From positions 5,704,001 to 5,768,000 of the forward strand of contig NC_089433.1 in NCBI RefSeq assembly GCF_026210795.1: a stretch of 64,000 bases of DNA, in the 5' to 3' direction. The stretch's first letter is position 1, and each line of letters begins with the position of its first letter. Source of the stretch: Rhizophagus irregularis (Eukaryota). The position numbers and the translations under genes are program-made. Under the pieces are notes generated by a model. That model saw only the letters and a program-made list of their open reading frames with translations, did not search any database and was not told where the DNA came from. This document shows, piece by piece, positions 26,937 to 40,016 of this stretch.

Positions 26937-27259
26937 TGTAATTATAATTTTGAAATAAATGCTAATTCATTTTATGCTTTTTTATTTAATACATAATATC
27001 ATTAATGAATTTAATACTAATAAAATCAATGTTCAACAAATTGTATTATTGCTTAATATTGTCATAAATGTATTGAGGTACTATTAACAATCTTTACATA
27101 AACTAAAATATACTTTGCGTCATTAATTCTGTGCATATTCGTTTGTTCTGAAACTAATTTACAATTACAATAAATAAAACAGTAGTATTAATTAAAATTT
27201 ATGTATTCTACTTAAAATTATAAATATTAAAAAAATAACTTGATGTTAAAATAATAACC

Positions 27260-27859
27260 ATGTCTAAATTAATCGATAATTGCGATGAATTATTTTATGA
27301 TAATAATTTAATAAGCAATTCAAAAAGTAAAATTTATAACAAAAATACATATACTGTTAATAAGAAATTGTTAGGTCTTTACATTACTCCTGATGGCATT
27401 TCAAGTACAAAAAAATCTCGATATATTTATGGTAATATTAATAGTTTTAAGAATTTAGTTAGTACTAATGAAAAAGAAAAAATATTATGTGAAGGTTACG
27501 ATATTATTCATAATCAATTCAGTGTAAGTTCACAAAATGTTTTAATTCACAAATATTTTGATAAACTACTTAATGGCCCAGTAGTAATTATAAAAAATGA
27601 TAAATCTGATATTGATGTCGATATTCATAAAAATTTATCAAAATTAAGTAAAACACAAAACAGAAAAATATTTCGATGCGATTCTTGTGATGATATAGTT
27701 ATTAGATCGAATGAAATTAAATTTTCTCAAAAATGTTATTTCATAAATTGTTCAAATGAGTGCAATCATTTACATAAAATATGTATATATTGTCATGATT
27801 TTAAATTGCATAGTAATAGAAATAATAATAATAGAAAAAATAACATTAAATTTCTTTAA
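27260..27859 (+). CDS. Hypothetical protein with C-terminal Cys/His zinc finger (199 aa)
   Basis: CDSC-x15-CYFINC-x5-HLHKICIYC. Confidence 0.75.
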   Translation: MSKLIDNCDELFYDNNLISNSKSKIYNKNTYTVNKKLLGLYITPDGISSTKKSRYIYGNINSFKNLVSTNEKEKILCEGYDIIHNQFSVSSQNVLIHKYFDKLLNGPVVIIKNDKSDIDVDIHKNLSKLSKTQNRKIFRCDSCDDIVIRSNEIKFSQKCYFINCSNECNHLHKICIYCHDFKLHSNRNNNNRKNNIKFL

Positions 27860-28533
27860 ATTATGCAAATATTTCGATTTAATTTAAACACGTAAATAAT
27901 TTAGTTACTTAAATAAATTAACAATTTTTAATTTAATAATAAATTTAATAAAAACAAAATGTGATTTATAATTTTGTCTTACATTATTAATTTTCAAAAC
28001 TTGATTAACATATTATGGTAATCTTTGTTAAAAATGGTCTTTGATTTTATTTCTTTAATAATTGTAATTAAAACCATACTAAAGTTAACAAAATCCATTA
28101 TTTTTAAAAATTGTTTGATACATAATACAATGTATTGTTATAAGATCAGCATGTAGTAACATCGAATATGGAAAACATAGAAAACTTGTTTCGCTATACA
28201 GCTAATTTTAAAAATAAAGTTAATACTGTTATTATTATAAATTTTATGATGAAAAAAATAAAGAAAATAAAACAAGTAAAATTAAATTTTTTTAAACAAT
28301 TAATTCTATAGTAAAAAATAGTTTAATTTATATATTTATCGAAACGTAATAGTAAAATTTAGTATCAATACATAATATAACTTGTATTGTTAATTTTCTT
28401 TATAAGTAAATTGCATCAGCTTGTAGTAACTGCAATTATGGATAACATTGAAGTAATCCAAAATTTATTACACTATGCAGCTAATTTTGAAAATAAAGTT
28501 AAAGAAAAAAATGAAATCATGTAACAATTTTAA

Positions 28534-29247
28534 TTGCCGATCTGCATGTGATCGATAGAATTTATATAATAAAATGCGGCGCAACATTTATATATAAGCC
28601 ATGTCGATCATGTTTTTATATCAAATAAAATGCAACCATATTGTTATACAATTACGTAATTTAACACCTGCAATATACGTTTAAGATCTTAGAAAAAAAA
28701 ATTTTTTTATAAAAAGTTTTTTTTCTTTGCAGTTTATAAAGTTTTATATGTGGGAAACGGAGATTTCATAGTATTTACTACTATTTTACTTCTATGGTAT
28801 AAATGATTTCTAGCTCTTTAACTTTTCTTTGACGCTTATAAAACTTTTTTTGATTATTATTTCTGTCAACTATTACATTTTTAATAACACTACGCACTTT
28901 TATATCTCTTTTTCTTTCACAAATATGTCCAGTTTGTAAAAAATATGAATATAATGAAATATATGGATAATAAAAGGACTTTTATTAAGTTTTAGCGTAA
29001 TCTCAAAATAGGAATAGTTATCTTGAATTTTTTTTAAAAAAATAATAAACAAGTCATATAAATATGGACATAATAATGAAGTTCTGATATAATAGCGCCA
29101 GTTGCAACAAGTTTTTTAGGAGTTATGTATGTATTTGACGTTGTTGTTTCTTGGGGAAACAGAGATTTCAAACGGCATTTTTTTTATTAATTAACATAAC
29201 GCCACATTTTACTATGTAAATTCTATCGATCACATGCGGATCGGCAA
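28534..29247. mobile_element. MITE flanked by TTAA
   Basis: TIR of about 48 bp, TTGCCGATCYGCATGTGATCGATAGAATTTAYATARTAAAATGYGGCG; TTAA on both sides. Confidence 0.82.
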
Positions 29248-29824
29248 TTAAATATGATATATATTATTTTCAATATCAAAATATTTATATTAACATATTT
29301 CTTTTTTTAGCAAATATTTAGATCTAGAAATTTTAGTACTCAAAGACTCGATAACAAATAATAGAAATAAATATTTTGCAGTAATTATATATAGAAGTTT
29401 AAATTTATACGCGTGTAAATGGCAAAGCACTCTTATAATATAACAAATATAAATAAAATCAAAATAGAGGTTGGAACTGGTTTTAATGGCAAATTAACCA
29501 ATTAAAACTTAATTCTAGTTAGTATTGAATAAACAAACATAATTTAATTCACTGTTTTAGCCGTTTTCAAACTCTAAGTAAAAACACTACTCCAAACCTT
29601 TTTTATTTTTAAGTAATGTTGTAAAGCTTAAAATAATTGGCTCATTACGTGGCTTTACAAAGTTAATACTATATCAAAAAATTATAAAATACTTGTATGT
29701 CACATAATAAAAAACCTACTTATTACTACAAAAACGTGATAATTTGCGAAAAAATGTTGTTAAAAGTTCACAGTTTGAAATTAAAATAAATTTTTATTAT
29801 TAGTTTGGCCAAGAATTTGACAAA

Positions 29825-30271
29825 ATGAAAATGGATTATGATATCTTATTAAAAAATTATTTTCATCTTGAAAAAAATTTCGTTAATTTAGGAATAGAAA
29901 ACAAGGTATGTGTCTTAAATTTTTTATTTATATTGATGTTTTAATAATTACTTTAATTATTTTAGCATTTAAATCAAAGAAACGAAAATTTGATTCTGGA
30001 ATTAAAATTAAATAAAGAAGAATTATTAAAAATTGCAAATGATAAAAAAAACAAAACGAAAATAGTAAATGATTTTATTATAAATTTAGAATTTATAAAT
30101 GACTTCAATGAAAAACTATTAAAAAGAAAACTAAAAAAATATGAAGAAAGTATTGATAAATTAACTGATGAATATTCAGAATTGCATTATTTATATAATC
30201 GATTATTGGATGATGTAAAAAATGATAAAAGTCGAAGCAAATCTTACTATAGCGATAATAAACAAATTTAA
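29825..30271 (+). CDS. Small coiled-coil protein (about 128 aa); exons 29825-29905 and 29966-30271
   Basis: AAG|GTATGT...TTTAG|CAT intron joins the two frames; K/E/L-rich heptad-like sequence. Confidence 0.65.
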
Positions 30272-31915
30272 AAATTTATTGAACGTAAGTCTATAACTAA
30301 GTTGATCAATAAATTTTGATTTTTTTGCAATGATATTAAAATATATCGACGGAAATATATTTTATGAAGTTCACGTAGTTATTTTTAAAACAGTTTTGGT
30401 TTCTTACACATTTCGCACTTAACGCTTTTTATAATTCAATTTGTTATTTAATTTTAATTTTTTTATTTTTTACTAATCAACTATTTTATTTGGTTCTATA
30501 GGCAACTTAATAACATTTAATCAGTTTTATTAAATATTAATTTTTATACAACGATTAACCAGTTTTTCTTATTAGGTTTTTATTGTGTTTTTTTAAATAT
30601 TATGCTTGTATTTTTTTTTATTGTATTTATCTAAGTTTTTTCTCAAGATTTTTATTAGTTTGTTTCAATTTTTTGTTATACTTGTATTCATGTTTGGATT
30701 ATTTAAAGATTATATGTTTTGATTCAACATATATCTTTTTATCTATTTTATTTCATTATATCAATAATTTTTTTTAAATTTAATTTTATTTTCAATTGAG
30801 TTTACGCACGATACTTTTTTATTTTATTTTTTTATTTTATTGTTAAATTGTAATTAGAAATATTCTAAAAATAAAAATTACATTATTGTTTAATTAAAAT
30901 GTATTAATTATAGCTACTGTGATGATTAAATTATTATTATTTTTTTTTTCCAAAGCCAATATGCAAACAAGTGCGATTTTATTGATTTTACAGATATAAG
31001 GTCCATATAATTAAGTACATGACAACAAATCTTGCAAAAAAGTTAAGTAATGAATTAAACACGTAAAACACTACTACCTACACTGCTTGGAGTTACGAAT
31101 AAAAAAACAAAAAAGACTAAACTCCATCACTATTAAGATGGATTGGGCAAGAAAAAAAATAATATAAAAATAATTTCTAAAACCTAAATTAATTTAAAAA
31201 AAACTAAACTAATTTACGCAGCAAGTCTAAAATTTCTGCTAAGACCTTAGATCTTGACCCACCACGGGACTTGTCCTTCTTTTTCTTCTTTTGCTCTTCA
31301 GGCTTCTTGGACTTCGTCTCTTCTGGTTTCTTCTTAGAATTCTTAGAATTTGGTTGAGTTTCCTTAGTTTTCTGACTTCTTGAAGTTCGTTGATTCTTAT
31401 CGGTATTACTACCACGTGATCTTGTTGGTTGCTTCAAAGGAGTATGCCGATTCCCTGATAGGATATGTTCTCCCCAAGTTAATCATTTATCTAATGCTTC
31501 ACGCATATCAACCTACTTTTCAAAATAACCAATTAACTTATGCTCCCCTCTCGCTGTTTGTATAATTTTAAAACTTTTCAATCCTTTTATCGCAGAAAGG
31601 AAAAAATGTGGGCGCTAGTCGGTCCATAAGGTTGCTATCTTCATAGAATCTGGTATCTTATGAATTGTAGCTTGAAACTTCTCACGTTGTTTTCTTTCTT
31701 TGAGAGTCCACCTTGCTGGAAACCATCAGACAGGTATCCTCCCTAAATCCGTAGTCCAAACAGGATTTTCATTAATTTCGAACTGAGCTAACCGAAAGGT
31801 AATTAATTCTATCTTCAAACAAAGCGTCTGATATTTTCTTTGTGGCTTCATCTGTAAAGAGATAGTTTTCCCACATAGAGTTAGTTGTTTCAGAATATCT
31901 TCTGGTGTCCAGAAT

Positions 31916-32556
31916 TAGGGATGGCAACAGTCGGTCACGGTCAGTTATCGGTCGGTCATAACTGGTTAAGGGTCTTTGACCGACTGACCATTTTGGCTGA
32001 CCGTTTTTCTGACCGTTTAACCGACCGTTTAACCGATCACTTTTTTCTTTTTAACAAATTTTAATCAAGAAAAAACGTTAAAAAGTGTAATTTAATCAAA
32101 AAAAAAAACGTTATTTAACTTTTTTTATTGATTACAGCAAATTTCAAAATATACGGGACACTTGAGAAATTTGATTGTCAGGTTGTCGGGTAGCCGGATT
32201 ACTCAGCAGTAGGTTGTTTATTAGAAAAGTATAAATAACACGTGATGAGTATAATGAATAGTAGTATATCAGATTATATAATAACCTACTGCTGAGTAAC
32301 CCGACTACCTAACAATCCGACAATCAAATTTCTCAAGTGTCCCGTATATTTTGAAATTTGCTGTAAATTCGTAAAAAAAGTGTTAAGTGAATAAATATGG
32401 CTAAAATAATTGGTTAAATGGTCGGTTAAACGGTCGGTCAAACGGTCAGTCAAACCGGTCGGTTAAACAGTCGGTCAGAAGCCTTTGACTGACCAATATC
32501 GGTCACGGTCATAACCGGTCATGACCGGTTAATAACCGTGACCGTTGCCATCCCTA
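31916..32556. mobile_element. hAT-type MITE
   Basis: TIR TAGGGATGGCAAC, 8-bp TSD TCCAGAAT (31908-31915 and 32557-32564), GACCG/CGGTC subterminal repeats. Confidence 0.92.
32135..32363. mobile_element. Fold-back MITE with TA TSD, nested in the hAT MITE
   Basis: About 90-bp TIR beginning CAGCAAATTTCAAAATATACGGGACACTTGAG; TA flanks. Confidence 0.9.
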
Positions 32557-32949
32557 TCCAGAATACCAGAACGTTATAAACTAAAATGTCTCTGACTCGC
32601 GATGTATCATCATCGGTAGGTGTATGACCAGTTATTACATTTTTAACCAAATTTTTATTTGACTTCTTTTTTTGCTTCGAAGACTTTGTCAAATCCACAC
32701 TAATATTTTCTTGTTGTATTACATGTTGCGGCTGTGTAATATCAACTATTAATGGCGTGGCTGTGTTCAAATTATAATCCAAAAGTAAACAATCGACATT
32801 AGGTTGTGTACCAGATGATTCCGCGATCTACCGATCTTGATCATTATTTGACTTATTGATCAGCCGATTTATATTGAAATCTCGATCATCATCCATTAGA
32901 TTATCATCATCAGCTTCTAAATTCGGTTGAAAAGGTATTGCATCATAAT

Positions 32950-33391
32950 TAAGGTTGCTTGCCGAAACCTAGGGGTTTAGACAAGATGGCGTTTCGCCGA
33001 AAAGTGAAATTCTGCTAAAACTACAGTCAGATCTCTATATAATCACACCCCATATAGTCACATCATATAAAATTTCTCTATATAATCACACCTTTGGGAA
33101 ATACCAATATATATAATTACTATATAAAAAACCTTTATATAATCACATCATAGTAAAAGCCTCTATATAGTCACTAATTTTTGCAGAACTGATTAGGTGA
33201 CTATATAGAGATCTGACTGTATATTAAAGTTATATTAAAAAACTGGCGAAACTTTGGAGAAAGGCGAAACTGCCAAAACTTATTATAAATGCCGAAACTG
33301 CTGAAATTCTGCTGAAACTATAATAAATTTATAGTAAAATTTTGACGAAACTAATCGTAGGATTTTGAAGAGGTTTAGACAAGCAACCTTA
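32950..33391. mobile_element. hAT-type MITE
   Basis: TIR TAAGGTTGCTTGYCKAAACCT; 8-bp TSD ATCATAAT (32942-32949 and 33392-33399). Confidence 0.88.
33024..33219. mobile_element. Tc1/mariner-type MITE nested in the hAT MITE; related to 9229-10599
   Basis: TIR CAGTCAGATCTCTATATARTCAC, TA flanks. Confidence 0.88.
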
Positions 33392-34278
33392 ATCATAATC
33401 TAACTCTTCAGAGTCAGAATTATTTGAGGAATTGAGTTGGGTTTTTGAAATCTTTTTTTTCGATTTTTTTGATTTCTTTGATTTTTTGGACTTCTTGTAA
33501 CTTTTAGGTAAAAATTCCAGTTGTTTTTCCAGTTCCTCCCGCTTTTTAATTTGTTGTTGTAATAGTATAGATAAACTTTCGTCGTTTTCCACCTTCTTGG
33601 CTTTTACTGCGGTGAAGCCTTCTGAAGTGGAATACATAGCAACATGCAGGAAAAATGCAAAACTTTCTGGAGTTATTTGATAACGAGAAGCCCTTCCCTC
33701 CCAACTGTTAATATCTTTATCATTTAGGCCAAAATTATGCCATATTATATTACGTTAAACTTCTGTATTTTGTCTATTAAAAAATGAAGAACATAGACTT
33801 TCACAATATTGTATATAATTTTGATATGTGTATACTAAAAATGGTTCTTGTTCATATTCTTTAGTCAAAAAATTATTTTCAGCTATTTTAATAATAGTTC
33901 TAACGCTTTTCATAATAAAAAAACAAAAGTAAAAATTATTCATTTTTATTGCGGAATTGTTATGTTTTAAATATTTTGGGGAAAGAGTTTTTTTCAATTG
34001 ATGATTAAATTATTATTATTTTTTTTTTTTTTTTTTTTTTTTTGGTAGGCAAAAGGCGCAAAGCGCATATTTATTTATTAAAGAGAACCTAGTACAGAGT
34101 GCCAATTTACAGATAAAGGGTCTATAGTAAAACTATCTAATAACAAATCTTGTAAAAAACCTTAGTAAAGAATTAAACTCGTAAAACCTTACCAACAGCA
34201 ACCAAAGTTAAAGTAAAACAAAACAAAAAGCACTAAACTCCATTAAGACATTAATGGAAACAACAAGAAATGGTTGCA

Positions 34279-37200
34279 TTAATTTATCTTACCCACCTGG
34301 TTCACAACTACTGTAAAATCCAGGATTTCTTTACCAAACAAAATATACTCTTTAACACCCTCCAAGCCTTCATATCTTCTATACATGTTTTCAGGGTATT
34401 GTAAAATTTCTTCTTGCTTCTCTCTACAAAAATTAGAATCAGTTCTTTTCTTATCTTTTTTGTTAATCCCATAATTCTTTTCTATTATTTTCAATTTTTC
34501 GCAACGAGGTAACCAAATATGTTTCTTTGTTTCATCCATAATATATTGTAAAATCTTCGTTCCCAATTCTATTATCTTCAAATTGTTATTTATTCCCAAG
34601 ATACTTCCAATAAAGTTATACAATTGAATCGGGAAAACGCCTTTAATTAAATCTACAAAATTAAACTTATTATCCCTAAATTTTGGAAAAAAGATATCAA
34701 GTTTTTTAATATTTGTTAGTATTTGCACTTCATCAAAAGTAGCCCATATTCCTTTAATAAAGTAACCATAGTATCTATTGTTTGTCCTATTATCTGCTTT
34801 AAAATTTTTCTATTGTAACTACATGTCCACACATGATAGATTAAAGGTTTCTTTTTTCTTGTGACAAAATACACATCTAAAGTTCCGGTAAATATCATAC
34901 GAAGATTTCTTCATTTGTTCAATTGTTGGAATTTCTTCTATCAAACGTTGTATCTTCATTCTTTTTTGTTTACATATAAAATTATCAGTTTTAAAAGTTG
35001 TATCACCCTCTATTTGGAATCCAATATATGCAAAAACAATTTCCCATTTAACATCTAATATTCTATATCTCCAATTTCTATTCAGATTAAAAAATTTTTC
35101 CAATCCTTATATTCTAGTCAGAAGTCTAATAAACCGTCTTAAATTCATCTCTACCACGTAATTATTCCATAAGACTGGGAATTTATAGTGTTCTGTATTG
35201 TATTTAACTAAAGTGTTAGATAGTTTATCTTCTATTTCGTAGCAATCTTTAATTTCTTTATCCATTGTGTTATGTAATTTATTATCTGAGTGAGACTCTA
35301 CTTTAATTACATCTATCTGTTGTGATAATTCATCTAAAATTTCTTTTATATTAAACCATATGGCATTATTTTTGTCAAATTTTAATAGATCCTTTGTAGT
35401 TATTGTCTCCCATCTATTAGTTAGATACCTATAGTTTTTAATTACATTTTGACTGTCTGTATATATTTTATAGTTCTTATCATCCTGTATCATTAATAGT
35501 GCAGTAAAGAAAGCCATAGTCTCTGCTTTTGTTGAAGTCAACCAATGTTCTACTGTCAAAAAGTATTTATCTATGAGATTATCATTTTCGTCATATATCA
35601 TAACCCCAAAAATTGACTTAATATATTCTGTCTTGTTTCTCTTAACTGATCCATCTATATATATAGATATATTCTTTGAATTATTTAACGCTATCCTATC
35701 CTTAATGCAATATTGTATCTACTTCTTTTTTCCAGATTTTTGTTGACATTATCTGTTTTATCTCATCTATCATCATATAGAATCAGGTCTTTATTATCTA
35801 GTCTTTGTTGTATAATATTATATCTAAATGCACTATCGTATCTAAGTATCTCATCATAGAAATTAACACTGACCCCTTCATAATAATAAGTACAATTTTG
35901 TAATCTTTTTGAATGATGTTGTTTATTCCATCTATATGGTGATAATAAAAATACCCTTTCTATATGTTCCACGATTAAACAATTACTTTTAATTTCTCCT
36001 TTGAATACATCTGCATTAATTATCCCTAACTCACAACCTTTACACTTCCTTAGGATTATATTTTTTTCATAATCATCTGTCAAGTTTTCAAAATGATTAA
36101 AAAATACTACATTATTATCCCTATCTATTTTAATAATTCTTCCAAAGATTGTTCAATTTTGTGAAACTCCTCTAGTCATTTTTGAAACAACTGTTGCTCC
36201 TTTTTCTGGTAAAACTGTGGTCGGCAATAGAATCGTCCCTTTTAAATTATAAACTTCGTCTACAAATAAAATTTGTTCAACAATATTTGGTTTAATTCTG
36301 TAACTTATCCTAGAGACTGCTAAATCTGCCAATATATTCTCATAAAGTTTTCCATTCTTTTTTGACATTCTTTTTGTATTTAAAAGTTTAACAAATCTCT
36401 TCATTTCTAACTCTTCAATTGATAGTAAATATTTTTTATCCAGGGTAGTGATTTGATCCACAAAGATTAAATTATTATCTTGTAATGTCTTAAAATTCTT
36501 AATGTATACTCCATTTGATACAACGTCTCTAATCAATGTTGGTCCACCTTCTACATTAAATTTAATCATAATATTATCATTTCTTGCAAATTTAAAATTA
36601 TTTTCTATTAAAAGTTTTATGTTGTTTAAGATAAAATGGAATTTAAATCCAATATTTTTAATCTGCTTAATTTTATGAATTAACTTTTCATCAATAACAT
36701 ATATCGGATGGTTTTCTAAAAGCAATTGTTGTTGTATGTTGATAAATCTAACTTCCATTATTTTTCCCAGAATATCTGTATCATTAACCTGTAAAACAAA
36801 GTTTGTAATTTTGGCTTATTTTTGATTGGCAACTAAGTTATTCAAATTATAAATAAAATGAGTTTCTAAAATCGCGTTAGGTGCAGTTTTCGCAAATTTC
36901 AACCTATTTTTAATAAATGATCTGAAAGGAGCCATTAATCTTTCTAATATTCGTTCTTCTATGACATATAGTTGACTTCTATATTCAACTATTGGAATAA
37001 TTAGCATATTGAAAAAATAAATCATCATCTTATCAGTAATCCCTTTTCTACAAGATATATTCTTTATTATTGCTTTGATTTCGTTCCTGATTTGTTGTTC
37101 TACATGTCTATTATCATTAAAGGCATTTATCCAAACTCCTAAAAATCGTGATGATTGGTTGCAAGCTGTTGGCTTACTAACTTCTATTTCATCCTCTCCA

Positions 37201-40016
37201 AATTTAATTTTAACTACACTTTCTAAAGGCTTCTTTTTACTAACATTTTTCCTAAGGAGTAATTCTGATTTTTGCTTATTAATTTTTATGTCATTTAATC
37301 TATAGAAAGAATCAGCTATTTTTAAAATTCGTTCTAAATTTAATTTGTTGTTTGTGATAAATCCCGTATCATCCATATAAGCACATTCTGGAAATGTAAC
37401 TAATCTAGAGCGATACACATTTTCGTATACATCCAAATATTCTTTTGCTTCCATTCGAAATCCAAGATTTGTATTTCTTATTCTTGCTAGTAAGGGGTCG
37501 TAATATATTATCCAAAGCAATGGTGATATTATTTCACCTTGATCAATCCCTGTTAACATATCAAAAGGCTCGGTCAATCCTGTTGGAGTAAAGACTTGAT
37601 TCGTCCTATTTGTGAACAATCCTGTCAGAATTTGTGTTATTCTCTTTGGCATTTTTATTCTTTCGAGCGCCTTTCTTAGCATTGGTATATTAATTCTATC
37701 GTAAGCCTTAGACATATCCAACATAAGAAACCACATTTTTTTTTTATTTTGTTCTGCATAGTTGATAATTTCATTAACTATCCTTAAAGGTTCAAAAGTT
37801 GATTTCTTTGGGAGTCCTGCAAATTGGTATCCTTTTAAAATATCGTTAGTGGTAAAAATTTTAGAAAGTCTATTTGTTAGTATTTTAACAAAAAATTTCC
37901 TTGCAGTTTCTAAAAGTGTAATTGGTCGTGTATTGTTCAAGTCGTATTGCCATGGCTTGGGTTTTGGTATCGGATATATATGAGCACGAAGTCAATCTTT
38001 TGGTAATGTTCCTGTTTCTAATATTTCGTTAAATATTTCTTGAAGGATTTCTTTTAAGGGTATCAGAGTAAGCTTTATATCTTCATAAGAAATTCCTGTT
38101 GGACCATTTGCTTTTTTTCCTGGTAACATTTTTCCTATCTCAATTATTTCTTCCAAAGTTATAGGAGCTAAAACACTATCATATGTTGATTCAGATAATT
38201 CTTCTTTTGGCCTATATTCATCAATCCATTCAGCTGGAATTTCTTTTTCGCAATTTATAGATCCTGCACAATTCTGGAAATGATTTGCCACTAACTTTTT
38301 AATTTCTCCTTCATTCGTTACTAAAATATCTTCTCCATCTTTATCTTGCACTATTAACCTATCTATATTAATTTTTTTGAATTCCCTTTCCATAACATTA
38401 TCGATCATATGTCTTTGATTGTATTCTAAATCCTGTTGTCGCTTAGCTATTGCTTCCATAATCTTTTGTTCTTTCCTCTTTATCATCTCAGTATTCAAAA
38501 ATATATATGCTATAGAATATAGTTCTTTCATTTCCTTCAAATATGTATACTTAAGAATTTTTCTAAAGTTATAACTTAACACATAAAATTCATTATTAAT
38601 TTCTAAGGCTTTAATCATAGAGCGTAAATTTTTGATTATAATTTTCCAATTGTCTTTAATCATTGCAAATTTTTTATCTTTTTTTAGACTCCTTCTAATG
38701 TAAACTATATATCTATAAAATCTATATTCCAATGTATTTTTGATATCTTGATCTTCTTTTTCAAAAGATATTTTAATTTCGCTATGTTTTATATGGCTTT
38801 TCTTTGTTATAGAAATCACATGGTTATAAATATTCCATTTCTCTTCTATATTACTAGGTTTATAATTTTTTAACCTATTTTCTAATTCCTTAGCAGCTGT
38901 GTCAGTGATCATCTGTTTATCATCATCGTTTAATTCCTCATAGTAATATTTTATTCTATAAGATCTTTTTATTTTGGTTGGTAGTGATGGTTGTGAAATT
39001 ATAATTCTTCTGTTTAATCTAACATATATTAGCTTATGGTCAGTATCCATCCTATTATATTCTACTATATTTGTTTTTATTACTGCATTATAAAGATTAT
39101 TTGTCATCCATATATAATCAATACGAGAGAATGTGGCATAATTGCTAAATGTGCTAAAGCGTTCCATTAGTTGCTGATCATCTATTTCTAAGGAATCTTT
39201 ATGTACATCTATAAAATCATGGTTTTCCAGATATTTAAAAATACTAAGTTGATTGTCTATTCTAACGCCTCTATTTTTTAATTTTTCATATTTAGCATAT
39301 CTAAGGTTGAAATCTCCTAATAGCATTGTCTGATATTGATTCCTTCGTGTATCTTTAATCATATTTATCACTAATTGATTAATAGTTTGTTGTAAATTCC
39401 TTGCCTCAGTTGAATTACCACTTTTATTGTATATTGATATTATTGATAATTTGTTGTGTTTGCTAAAATTAAGATTTATTTCTAATATTCTTCCCATATG
39501 ATTTTGAACTTTGGTTACGTGATTTGCTATATTATTTTTAATAAAGACTAAGAGTCCTGTACTATTAATATTGGTATTATCTATTGTTCCAAACATCGTA
39601 TAATTTTTGTTAATTCCAACTTCTTGCATTAAAAATTTTCCATATTTAATATTAATTTTTGTTTCAGTAACCGCTAAAACATCAAAATTATATTTCGTTA
39701 ACACATCTTTAATATTCATCATTTTTAATTTTGTCATTCCTCTAATATTAAGAGTTCCCATATTGAAAAACGCTTTTGTATTATTTACTACATTTGTTTG
39801 ATTAATGTTATCTTCTAATTCCTCATTCAAAATATTATCATTATTATTATTATTAATAGTATTATTATTTTTATTGTTCTTTTTTCTTTTAATTCTTTTT
39901 TTGTAATTACGTAAATGAACAGGATCGTCACTTTTTCTTTTTTCATTATTGCTAGTTAGGGGGGAGTTATATATATTCAATTGATTTGAAATATTAGTAT
40001 TTTGGTTGTCTATCAT
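34279..40016 (-). pseudogene. LINE ORF2 polyprotein with several stops and frameshifts
   Basis: APE motifs TLNIRG, VTETK, LGDFN, RIDYIW, TDH; RT motifs RPITLLE, LDMSKAYD, GIDQG, YMDD, FLGVW; RNase H motifs IYIDGS, KAE, IYTDSQ, KVESHS; CVFC...HVWTC. Confidence 0.93.

Larger units (their letters stand above)
30940..33998 (-). mobile_element. Non-autonomous (ORF1-only), degenerate LINE-like element; 5' boundary uncertain (about 33700 or 33998)
   Basis: Poly(A) tail (T-run at 30940-30949); 3' UTR homologous to that of the LINE at 34019; fragmented ORF1 (33637 to 31204, WFPARWTLKERKQREKFQA) split by nested MITEs; no RT seen. Confidence 0.72.
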
